Shown: in pieces, positions 17,092 to 25,276 of the stretch | Position numbering within the stretch: position 1 is the stretch's first letter | Layout: each line of letters starts with the position of its first letter | From: a virus | Lineage: Duplodnaviria > Caudoviricetes | DNA length: 49,205 nucleotides | Reading direction: 5' to 3' (one strand) | IMG/VR virus record: IMGVR_UViG_3300033067_001503 | Location: 1 to 49,205 of that record | Made by a program: the position numbers and the translations under genes | The notes under the pieces: model-generated | Databases searched by the model: none | What the model was told of the DNA's origin: nothing | Seen by the model: the letters and a program-made list of their open reading frames with translations, nothing else

Positions 17092-17409
17092 CTACCGGCT
17101 GTAATAGTTCGTGCGCCGGGTGACCGTCGGTTTCTTGTCCGTCGGCTTCGGCGTAGGCGTCAGAGGCGTCAGAGGCGTCTTCGGCAGCGGGCCTTGCGAC
17201 ATCACCGTTGCCGGGTCATAAATCTTGTCGAGCCAGCCCATGTTGGCCTTCGGCGTGCCGAACCCGCCCATTGCCAACTGGTTTGCAAGCATCTGCTGCT
17301 GCCCCGGCCCGAAAGCCGGAATCGTCGTCGGGCGCATATTCATCATCCACGGCGGGATTTGCGCATCGACGTTGTTGTCAGGCGCCTTCGGACCTTTATT
17401 GCCAGGCAT
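17092..17409 (-). CDS. hypothetical virion-associated protein
   Basis: GGAGG RBS, within late operon. Confidence 0.55.
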   Translation of the reverse strand: MPGNKGPKAPDNNVDAQIPPWMMNMRPTTIPAFGPGQQQMLANQLAMGGFGTPKANMGWLDKIYDPATVMSQGPLPKTPLTPLTPTPKPTDKKPTVTRRTNYYSR

Positions 17410-17420
17410 GTCAGCCTCCC

Positions 17421-18539
17421 TTAGCCAAAGATGCCGCCTAAACCGCCGAGCAGGCCGCCCAGCGGGGTGCCCGTCAGCCCGTAGCCGCCCAGGAAGCCGC
17501 CGAGACCCTGACCAATCGGGTTGTTCGGCTGCTGGTTGACCGTCGTCGAACTGCCGCCCTGAAACTGGCTAGCAAGACGCGACAGCCAGTCCAGCGGGCC
17601 GGTGATGGCGTTCTTCTTTTCGTTGAAGATGCGAGCCTGGTCCTGCAAAAGCTGGCTGTTCTTGTTCTCGTACATGCCGCCGACATTGAGCATGTCCTGA
17701 TAGGGCGATTTGCGGAGCCCGTAGGCGTCGGAAAGCTGCTGCGTGCCGTTCAGGAGGTTCTGGCGCTGCTGCGTGCCAAGGTTCGTCAGGTTGTCGATGG
17801 CGTTCATGCGCTGGGCCTGCCCGGTCGAGCCCATGCCGAACTGACTGTTGATCGCGCCTGTCTTCTGCGCCATGCCCTGCGAGCCCATGCCGAACATGGC
17901 CTGGATAGCTGCGTCGCGGCGGCCAAGCTGGTTGTTATAGTCGTTGAAGCGAAGGTTGCCCGCGAAGTCGCCGATGTTGCGATTGAGCGACTGGCTCTGG
18001 TCGGTTGAGCCCACCCGCCCCATGCCCGACGCGGCCAGTTTGTTGGCATTGATAATGTCCTGCGAGCCGCGGTCGATAACCCCCTGCAAATAGGGGTTGT
18101 TCTGCATCTCCTTGCCCTGCGCGATAGGGTTCAGGAGATTGACCGCGCGCTGCTGGTCTGCGTTGTAGCCGTTCCCCTGCGCAATCGGGGTTAGCCGATT
18201 GAAGGAGTTCTGCTGCATCTGGTTCAGGCCGTTGGAATTGGCGATGCCCTGATAGCGCTTGACTTGCTGGTCCTGAAGGTTGTTCAGGCCGCCGTCCTTC
18301 AGGGTGGCGTTCACCCTGTCGAAGTTCATTTTGAGTGGGTCGTAGGCCTGCTTGGCGACGTTGTTGATGCCGGTAAGCGCAGTCTGCGTCTGCTTCGAGA
18401 ACGGCGTGACCTGAGAGGTGGTGTTCGGCTGCCAGCCGCCGCTGTTCTGCACAACACCCTTCGCCCACGGAAGGATATCGTTCACCAGCGGCATCGACGT
18501 GGTCGAGGTGGACGAACTGGTCGTCTTGTTACCCGGCAT
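17421..18539 (-). CDS. ejection/pilot protein (Gln/Asn/Gly-rich)
   Basis: NPYL motif, QN-rich body, Gly-rich hydrophobic C-terminus. Confidence 0.65.
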   Translation of the reverse strand: MPGNKTTSSSTSTTSMPLVNDILPWAKGVVQNSGGWQPNTTSQVTPFSKQTQTALTGINNVAKQAYDPLKMNFDRVNATLKDGGLNNLQDQQVKRYQGIANSNGLNQMQQNSFNRLTPIAQGNGYNADQQRAVNLLNPIAQGKEMQNNPYLQGVIDRGSQDIINANKLAASGMGRVGSTDQSQSLNRNIGDFAGNLRFNDYNNQLGRRDAAIQAMFGMGSQGMAQKTGAINSQFGMGSTGQAQRMNAIDNLTNLGTQQRQNLLNGTQQLSDAYGLRKSPYQDMLNVGGMYENKNSQLLQDQARIFNEKKNAITGPLDWLSRLASQFQGGSSTTVNQQPNNPIGQGLGGFLGGYGLTGTPLGGLLGGLGGIFG

Positions 18540-18951
18540 TGGGCAACTCCATTTCATAGACGTGGCGAACCACGCGGATGGGAAGGAAGGGCTTCAGGAG
18601 GCGGCCAAGACCCGGCCTGCCAACGGCTTCCGCGCGCTGGATGTTCATGGTCTTGAGCCAGGGATATTCGTGGAGGTCGCGGACCCAGCTTTTCAGGTCG
18701 CGCCCGCAGATGGCGATGACTTCGACAGTCCTGCCCCAAGGGCTTTCGTAGACGTGCATGACGATGCCGCCGACGACTTCGCCGTCATCTGTCTTGGCTA
18801 CATGGAGCCAGTAATGGCCGGTTCGGCAGGCCTGCCAGAGTTCAGGAGCGGTTCGGTTGCAGCGCGCCTTCTTGCAGGCCCGCTCCATGCCTTCGGCTAG
18901 GTGTTGCCAGTATCCGTCAACCTCGAGCGGGTAGACGGGGACGATGTTCAA
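18529..18951 (-). CDS. hypothetical morphogenesis protein (GNAT-like fold possible)
   Basis: GRPGLGR motif, position after tail stabilization genes. Confidence 0.55.
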   Translation of the reverse strand: MNIVPVYPLEVDGYWQHLAEGMERACKKARCNRTAPELWQACRTGHYWLHVAKTDDGEVVGGIVMHVYESPWGRTVEVIAICGRDLKSWVRDLHEYPWLKTMNIQRAEAVGRPGLGRLLKPFLPIRVVRHVYEMELPNAG

Positions 18952-19352
18952 CTATGCGAAGGCCCGGAAGATCTGACGCCTGCGCCTTGCGTGACTTGCG
19001 GCATCAGGTTGATGAACGAAAACGTGATTGTCAGGTCGGTCGCGACAGCCGCCTTGGCCCGGATTTTCTTCGCCACGCTGTTGCCGCTGGTGGCATTCGG
19101 GTCGATGACAAAAGCGATGTCGCTGAAACTCCAGCCATCCACTGTCGGCACAGTCTTGGTGGCGAAATGGTTCGATGTCGTTCCGTCGGACCAGTAGACG
19201 TCCACCTGTCGGTTTGAACCGTTGCGATTGGTGACGTGCCACCCAATCAGCAGAACCCGGTTAGTCGGAACCCACGCGTCTGCCTCGCTGGCGGTCAGCA
19301 CGTATGAGACAGGCGGACCAACCGGGCCGGCAAGATTGAGATTGACGCTCAT
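18948..19352 (-). CDS. hypothetical virion protein
   Basis: Translationally coupled within the structural operon. Confidence 0.6.
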   Translation of the reverse strand: MSVNLNLAGPVGPPVSYVLTASEADAWVPTNRVLLIGWHVTNRNGSNRQVDVYWSDGTTSNHFATKTVPTVDGWSFSDIAFVIDPNATSGNSVAKKIRAKAAVATDLTITFSFINLMPQVTQGAGVRSSGPSHS

Positions 19353-20794
19353 CTGGCCCCCGATGGCATCGCATCGACGTCCAGCCCGTCGAGATGGGAC
19401 CAGTTGACTCCGGCGACTAGGTCGACCTTGAACTGATGCAGAAGCCCGTCGATGCGCTTGTTGCAGATGCCTATAGAATTCGGAGAAACGGCCGAGCCAA
19501 ACGTGATGGCATCGCCGTGCTTTGCAGCCGAGCCGAACGTGATTGTGTGACTCTGCGTGTCCCCGATAAGACGGGCGCCGCTGACGAACGAGCGGCGGCC
19601 CGGCGTAAACTGGATTTGCGACGTGTAAAGCGTCGCCGCCATGGGCGTCCCGGTGAAGAACCCCAGTCGATAGGTGTTATCGAACCCTGCGAAAGTCGGC
19701 GCGCCGCCGATGAGGACACGCGAGTCCCACGCAACGGTCGCGGCATCCCAACTGGCAAAGATCGCGCTTGCCCCGTTCCACGTGATGGATGGCGTGACCA
19801 GATCGACCAGATACGAACTGTTCAGGTCCGAATAGAACCACCGGTCCAGCGCCCAGTTGTAGCCGACGGTGAACCGGGTGCCGTCAGCCTTGGTGGCCTG
19901 CCACAGGAAATGCTTGCGGTAAGGGTCGGTGCCGCCGCGAACGTCCTGAACCTGGCTTTGGTCGATGGTGCTGAAGAACCAGCGGTCAACCCGCTCCGAT
20001 CCGATGGAACGTCCCTCGACGCCAACGCAGAACCCGTCAGCAGAGAGATAACCGAACAGGTCTGGCCCAATGCCGGTGATGGACAGCGGCGCGATGACCC
20101 CGCGCGAAGCATTCACAGGGGCGATGCCGAACGGGTAAGATGTGTCGCCTGTCACCGATAGCTGGCGAATCTTCTTTTTCTGGAAAATGAGGCAGCCAGC
20201 CTCACCCGAAAACAGCCCCGAAATATCTTCGCCGTCCGGCAGGGTTTGGTCGCCGGAAAGCCTCAGGCCGACAGTCCAGAAGCCAGCGTCGTCAATGCCA
20301 GACGTGCGTAGGCCGGTCGGGTTTCCCGTCAAGTTCGCGAGGATGACGAAGCCGCCCGCCGAGCCGACGTATTTTGCCCTTGGCGGGGAGCCCGGAAGGG
20401 CCGCGAAATTTGTCCCCGAATTGATGTCGATATATTGCGGATCATCCGCGATTTGCGTGGCTATCAGATAGCCGCCAAATGGCGCCATCGACCAGTTGTC
20501 AGTCGGCGGGCAGGCATATGCGCCACCCGCCAGCCGGGATACGTCCGTCCATGTCCAGTTCGACGTATTCAGCTCATAGAGCCCCGTCGTCGTGGCAGCG
20601 AAAATGCGATAGGTGCCGCTGGACGTCCGAACCGCAATTGCGCCCTTGGGCGCCGACGCCAATGCCGACGAAAGCGCCACGAATTGGCTAAGCGGTCCCC
20701 ATCCGTCTGCAACCGGCGCACAATTGACGACAAGCGGGGAGGAGCCGATCGAGAAAGAACTGCGATCGGGCTCAAACGGCGGGAACGGTATCAC
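19349..20794 (-). CDS. tail nozzle / packaged-DNA stabilization protein
   Basis: Beta-rich 481 aa; position after adaptor as for P22 gp10. Confidence 0.72.
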   Translation of the reverse strand: MIPFPPFEPDRSSFSIGSSPLVVNCAPVADGWGPLSQFVALSSALASAPKGAIAVRTSSGTYRIFAATTTGLYELNTSNWTWTDVSRLAGGAYACPPTDNWSMAPFGGYLIATQIADDPQYIDINSGTNFAALPGSPPRAKYVGSAGGFVILANLTGNPTGLRTSGIDDAGFWTVGLRLSGDQTLPDGEDISGLFSGEAGCLIFQKKKIRQLSVTGDTSYPFGIAPVNASRGVIAPLSITGIGPDLFGYLSADGFCVGVEGRSIGSERVDRWFFSTIDQSQVQDVRGGTDPYRKHFLWQATKADGTRFTVGYNWALDRWFYSDLNSSYLVDLVTPSITWNGASAIFASWDAATVAWDSRVLIGGAPTFAGFDNTYRLGFFTGTPMAATLYTSQIQFTPGRRSFVSGARLIGDTQSHTITFGSAAKHGDAITFGSAVSPNSIGICNKRIDGLLHQFKVDLVAGVNWSHLDGLDVDAMPSGAR

Positions 20795-20843
20795 TGCCGT
20801 TCACAGGCCTTGTCGGGCTCGTAGAAGGCGAAGGCGGTCAATG

Positions 20844-21488
20844 TCAGTCGCCCGAATTGATGTTGAAGGATCGGGCAGCGACCAGCGCGGCATCCACTCT
20901 CAGCGGCGCATTTGCCTTCGAGCGCGCCGCAAGCCAGGCAACACCCTCGCGGGCCTCTTCATAGCGGCCGTTGAAAAGCGAGATGAGGTTGCTGTCGCGT
21001 ATCCACGTCGCGAACTCGACCAGGGAACCCCACAGGTAGACGTTCGGGTGGTTCGTGAGCAGCCAGTTCGGGTCGGTCGACGCCAGATTGAGCAGCTTCA
21101 TGCGATAGCGGAAGGTGAAGGTGTGCGCCTGGTCGCAAGGGGCGTCGAGGTCGATATTCGAGCCGTTTATCGCCCATGCCGAAGGCGGCCCGTTCGCCGT
21201 GTCCAACTCATAATTGCCGGCAATGATGGGCGAAAGCTGCTGCTGCGTTCCGTAGGTCGTCAGAAACAGCGCAACGGGCTCCAGAAAGTCGCTCGGAAGC
21301 GTCAACTGGCGCGAACTTGTGGACCCCGTGAGCGTCGTATCGACTTCCGCCGTTCTCAGCGGGAGTTCGACATTGGCGCGCGCCTCGAAAAGCGAGACGA
21401 ACTCGCTCAGTTGGGCGTCGGACACCTCTTCGCGGGCCACCCATGTGCCCATGGCGGTCTTGAGCGTGGCATAGCTGGTAATAGCCAT
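20844..21488 (-). CDS. head-tail adaptor
   Basis: MAITSYATLK...NWLLTNHPNVYLWGSL motif of podophage adaptors. Confidence 0.8.
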   Translation of the reverse strand: MAITSYATLKTAMGTWVAREEVSDAQLSEFVSLFEARANVELPLRTAEVDTTLTGSTSSRQLTLPSDFLEPVALFLTTYGTQQQLSPIIAGNYELDTANGPPSAWAINGSNIDLDAPCDQAHTFTFRYRMKLLNLASTDPNWLLTNHPNVYLWGSLVEFATWIRDSNLISLFNGRYEEAREGVAWLAARSKANAPLRVDAALVAARSFNINSGD

Positions 21489-21489
21489 C

Positions 21490-22185
21490 TCATGCCTCGC
21501 TGCCGCCGGGCTGGCGCATCATGAACCGGTGGAAATTGCCGGGGAACGCATCGGTCTTTGTGTGGTGCGCAATATCCAGATCGGGGACGATCCAGAGTTC
21601 GCCGCCAATGGCGATCCAGCGCCGGCTAAAGGCGTAGTCCTCGCCGTACCAGACACCCTCATGGGCACCATGGTTGAAGAGGTCGACCGACGGATGATAG
21701 GCTTGGCCGTACACCAGTTCCGGGTAGGCCTTCATGAAGCGCTCGACGGCTTCCTTGGTGACCTTGAGAAAGCCGGCCGGGACACGATCCGCCTTGATGC
21801 ACCCGTCGCGACGAACGATAGGCCGATGGTCGGGGCCATCAATCAGGGCCCCCATATATTCCTCGTTGGCTTTCTTGAATCGGTACACCCCCGCGACCAC
21901 ATCGCCGGGCGTTTCGATAAGAGTGAGCAGGTCGCTAGGCTTCCAACTGAGGTCGTAATCGAGGAACACGATCACGTCCGCGTTAGCGTCGAGCGCCTTG
22001 CGCAGCATGATCGAGCGGGCGGACGAGATGTACGGATTGCCGCGCTCCTCGACGCACCCCTCCTGCCAACCCGCCTCGATAATGGGCGGGATTGATTTCT
22101 CCAAGGCCTCCAAGAAGGGAGCAGTCGGCCCATGGAGAGAGGGGACGCAGAAGATGACCTTGCGCGTCCCCAATTCGTCGCTCAC
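21490..22185 (-). CDS. GT-A fold glycosyltransferase-like protein
   Basis: ISSAR, VIVFLDYD (DxD), AGF, GEDYAFSRRW motifs. Confidence 0.75.
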   Translation of the reverse strand: MSDELGTRKVIFCVPSLHGPTAPFLEALEKSIPPIIEAGWQEGCVEERGNPYISSARSIMLRKALDANADVIVFLDYDLSWKPSDLLTLIETPGDVVAGVYRFKKANEEYMGALIDGPDHRPIVRRDGCIKADRVPAGFLKVTKEAVERFMKAYPELVYGQAYHPSVDLFNHGAHEGVWYGEDYAFSRRWIAIGGELWIVPDLDIAHHTKTDAFPGNFHRFMMRQPGGSEA

Positions 22186-22412
22186 GCGGCGCCCTTCCAT
22201 GCGCCAAGCGCAGTCAGGGTGTTCATGATTTCCTGGATTACGGCCAACTGGGTGGCACCGAACGACGCCGAGACGGCGATGTTGGTGGTAGCCTGGTTGG
22301 ACGATGCGCGCTGCGCGATTGGCGTAACGCCATACAGGGAAATCAGGTCGGAAGTGCTACGGCCCAGCGAGACGCCATCGTCATTGCCGGTGCCAACATA
22401 TTCGGTCGCCAT
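22182..22412 (-). CDS. small virion protein (head decoration/fibre-like)
   Basis: AAGGA RBS; directly after capsid gene. Confidence 0.6.
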   Translation of the reverse strand: MATEYVGTGNDDGVSLGRSTSDLISLYGVTPIAQRASSNQATTNIAVSASFGATQLAVIQEIMNTLTALGAWKGAA

Positions 22413-22449
22413 TTGGCGGTCCTTTCATGGTTCAAATCGTGGGGAAAAG

Positions 22450-22472
22450 AAAAGGGCCGCGCGTGGCGGCCC
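22450..22472 (-). terminator. intrinsic terminator after capsid gene
   Basis: GGGCCGC/GCGGCCC stem followed by a U-run on the minus strand. Confidence 0.75.
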
Positions 22473-22481
22473 CTCACCGGC

Positions 22482-23672
22482 TTAGTTATTCGCCCAACGG
22501 CACGCCATTTCGGGACGTACAGTTTTATAACCGAACAGGACATCGACCCTGCAAGGAAGATTGTCGTTGTTGATGTCGTAGTCGCGGACGATACGCATGG
22601 AGATGCCGTCCATGACCTGACGGGCCGCGAAATCGACGCCCTTCGGCATCACCAGGTCGGCCGTCGCGAAGGCGAAGGCGTCGCGGTGGAAGCCGAGGCC
22701 GATGTTGCAGACCGCCGAGGCAGCACCGTGCTTGGTGATGGCCGAGCTGTTGGTCGGCGAGGCCGATACGTTCTGCGTCGGACCCGAAGTGATGATCGAC
22801 GGCGAAATCGCAATCGAGGTGCCGGCCGAGCTAACGTCCGAAGTGACCACGAAGGTCATCAGGACGCCGGTATCGGCCTTGGTTTCGGGGTGAACGCGGT
22901 TGCAGCCCGGCAGCGTGATGATGTCGCCGGCCTTCAGGGTCTTGGACGAACCGTTGGTCACCGTGACGGACGCGCCGGTCTGGCTAGCGCCGTTGATGGT
23001 GATGGTGCCCGAGTTGGTCTCGGTGCCCGTGGTGTGCGACGGCAGCAGCGTGTTCTCATAGAATGTGAACCCGCCAGTGCGGCCGATGACGCCATCACGG
23101 TACTGAGCCGCGACTTCCTTCGAGTCCTGGAACAGGCCCTTGAGCGCGTCGACCATGTCGACGTTCTCCTGGGTGCCGAAGATCATCGTCAGGTCGTCCT
23201 GCGGGGTCAGGGCATCGACCAGACGCTTGCGAACAGTGACTGCGCCCGCGAAGGTCGCGGCCGAGTCGATGTTGTTCACCTGCTGGTAAACGTCCTTGTA
23301 CACCGAGGCCAGAATGTCGGACTCGATGTTGGCCGCAAGCACCGCCATTGCCGGCGAGATGATGCGCTTGGAGAAGTCGTCCAGCGACAGGGTCATGTCG
23401 GCGCTGGAGAAGTTCATGTCGACGCCGTACTGGTTCGACACCTGAAGCGTGACGCTCGACTCCGTCGTGTCCTGCACGTTCAGAGTCTTGGTCTTGCGCA
23501 CCGCGTACTTGTTCGGCAGGCGGATTTTCAGCGAGTCGCCGATCTTCGCGCCTTCGTTGGCGTAGCGGTCGTCATAGTCCCGGTTTATGCTACCGATGAA
23601 GTTACATTTTTGGTGGAGGACACGAAGGGCTTCCCTCGTGACCGCCGTGGGGGTCAAAAGCGTGTTAGCCAT
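22482..23672 (-). CDS. major capsid protein (P22 coat protein family)
   Basis: MANTLLTP...KIGDSLKIRLP...CRVDVLFGYKTVRPE motifs. Confidence 0.92.
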   Translation of the reverse strand: MANTLLTPTAVTREALRVLHQKCNFIGSINRDYDDRYANEGAKIGDSLKIRLPNKYAVRKTKTLNVQDTTESSVTLQVSNQYGVDMNFSSADMTLSLDDFSKRIISPAMAVLAANIESDILASVYKDVYQQVNNIDSAATFAGAVTVRKRLVDALTPQDDLTMIFGTQENVDMVDALKGLFQDSKEVAAQYRDGVIGRTGGFTFYENTLLPSHTTGTETNSGTITINGASQTGASVTVTNGSSKTLKAGDIITLPGCNRVHPETKADTGVLMTFVVTSDVSSAGTSIAISPSIITSGPTQNVSASPTNSSAITKHGAASAVCNIGLGFHRDAFAFATADLVMPKGVDFAARQVMDGISMRIVRDYDINNDNLPCRVDVLFGYKTVRPEMACRWANN

Positions 23673-23763
23673 GGAAATATATCCTTCAGGCGGGCACGGC
23701 TCTTGGCCGTCCCGCGCGGGGACCGGGCGTCATCACGACGCTCGTTCGGGTTGATGTGTCAGG

Positions 23764-24684
23764 TCAGGCGGCGTTGCGCCGGCGTACCTGGTTGTTGCGA
23801 AGCTTCACCCAATCCTCGACCGGCAGGTCGTCGCTCAAGCCACGGGTCGCGGGAGCCTGGCCCTTGGCGGGCTTCTCCAGCGGCTTCGGCTTGTCGTCGG
23901 GTGATGGCTGTTTGGTCTTGGCTGCGGCGACTTGCTTCCGCAACTGTTCCTTGAGCTGGACGCCTTCCATTGCCTCTCTGAGAAGCTTCACGTAGCCGAC
24001 ATTCCTGATTGAGCGCAGCTCTTGATCGGGAATGCCGCGCGACCGCGCGAAGTTCGTCAGTTGGAGGTCTAGTTCCGGGCTCCAGTCCTTGATCTCGGCA
24101 GCAAGCGACTTGCGAAAGTCCTCGGTGCGCTTGGCGTCTTCGCGCTGCGCCGTCTGGTTCCGCTCGGTCTCTTTCTGCTGGATCGAAAAGTATTTGGCCT
24201 GCACGGCATCCTTGAGGTTCTGATACTCGCGGAATGCGCGCTGGGCGCCAATCGGGTCTTCCTCGTCGAGGCGCTGCCAATCGACTTCCTGATATCGCTC
24301 CAGGCTCATGCTCATCGCACGAAGCTCGGCATATTCGCCCAAGAGCGCGGTCTGGGATTCCACCTGCTTGGTGAATTCCTGCTCGCGCTGGGCAAGCGTC
24401 TGTTTCGTCTCCTCGATGACGCGCTTTTCCTGCGACACCGCCTGCGTCTTGCGGGTGTAGTCCTCATGCATGAGGAAGCGGTCTTTCAGACCCTTGGGGA
24501 GCTTGAGGCTCTTTCCTTCCCACTCGAAATCTTCGAGGTCGGGGTCTTCGACTTCCGGCTCGGTCTCGGCGTCCTCGGCCGCGCCTTCCTCGGTCGTTTC
24601 GGCTGCGCTGGCTTCGAGTTCCGGCTCTTTGCCTTCGTTGGGCGCTGCGCCATTGGTTTCAACGTCGGATTCTTCTCCGAACAT
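23764..24684 (-). CDS. capsid scaffolding protein
   Basis: Acidic N-terminus, DYTRKTQ motif, coiled coil, upstream of coat. Confidence 0.82.
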   Translation of the reverse strand: MFGEESDVETNGAAPNEGKEPELEASAAETTEEGAAEDAETEPEVEDPDLEDFEWEGKSLKLPKGLKDRFLMHEDYTRKTQAVSQEKRVIEETKQTLAQREQEFTKQVESQTALLGEYAELRAMSMSLERYQEVDWQRLDEEDPIGAQRAFREYQNLKDAVQAKYFSIQQKETERNQTAQREDAKRTEDFRKSLAAEIKDWSPELDLQLTNFARSRGIPDQELRSIRNVGYVKLLREAMEGVQLKEQLRKQVAAAKTKQPSPDDKPKPLEKPAKGQAPATRGLSDDLPVEDWVKLRNNQVRRRNAA

Positions 24685-24720
24685 GCATCACTCCGATTTT
24701 CGGTTGGTGAAAGGAAGGGG

Positions 24721-25071
24721 TTACGGCGACTCGTAGAGGAGGTTCAGGCCGACGATGTCGGCAGCCGTCACGGCGGTGTTGTCGCTGTCCGCAGAGCCGG
24801 TAACGAGGCCGTAGCCAAGACCGGTCTGGAACGTGAGGCCGTCGAGCGGAATGTTGAACGCAGCCGATGGCGCCAGCGAAATGGTCATGAACGGCGCGTC
24901 GGTGCCGGGCACCGGAAGCACACGCAAGTTGAACAGCTTCAGGTAGCGAACGGCGGCTGCGGCGTTGTAGCCGGTGACGCGCCAGAGCTTCGTCCGCTGG
25001 TTCGAAACGAGGGTGGCGTTGTTGCTGTTGGCCGCCGACACCAGTCGGGCCACGGTATTGGGAAAGGACAT
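24721..25071 (-). CDS. hypothetical virion protein
   Basis: AAGGA RBS; beta-rich, in head module. Confidence 0.6.
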   Translation of the reverse strand: MSFPNTVARLVSAANSNNATLVSNQRTKLWRVTGYNAAAAVRYLKLFNLRVLPVPGTDAPFMTISLAPSAAFNIPLDGLTFQTGLGYGLVTGSADSDNTAVTAADIVGLNLLYESP

Positions 25072-25078
25072 GGCGAAC

Positions 25079-25276
25079 CTATCCGGCTTGAGCGGGTTCT
25101 TTGGACTGGTTCCTGCCCCTGTAGAGGTCGCACCAGCCGCTTCGGCTGATGGTTCCCCTCAAGGCGTTGCAGGCATCAGTCGGAATGAAATGGGCGCAGA
25201 CTTCGCAGCGCATCCTGGCTTTAGGCGTCGGCTGGAAATTGGCTTCTGCCTTGGTCTTGCGGGCGTCGATGGGCAT
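25079..25276 (-). CDS. HiPIP-like four-cysteine protein
   Basis: FQPTPK...CEVCAHF.P..AC..LRGTISRSGWCDLY fits the HiPIP C-x2-C-x8-C-x10-GWC pattern; ATG overlaps portal stop. Confidence 0.65.
   Translation of the reverse strand: MPIDARKTKAEANFQPTPKARMRCEVCAHFIPTDACNALRGTISRSGWCDLYRGRNQSKEPAQAG

Noticed and set aside
22413-23954. 513-aa plus-strand ORF (also 36167-37552, 41357-42601, 42606-43988)
   Set aside because: Antisense shadows of real high-GC genes, no motifs
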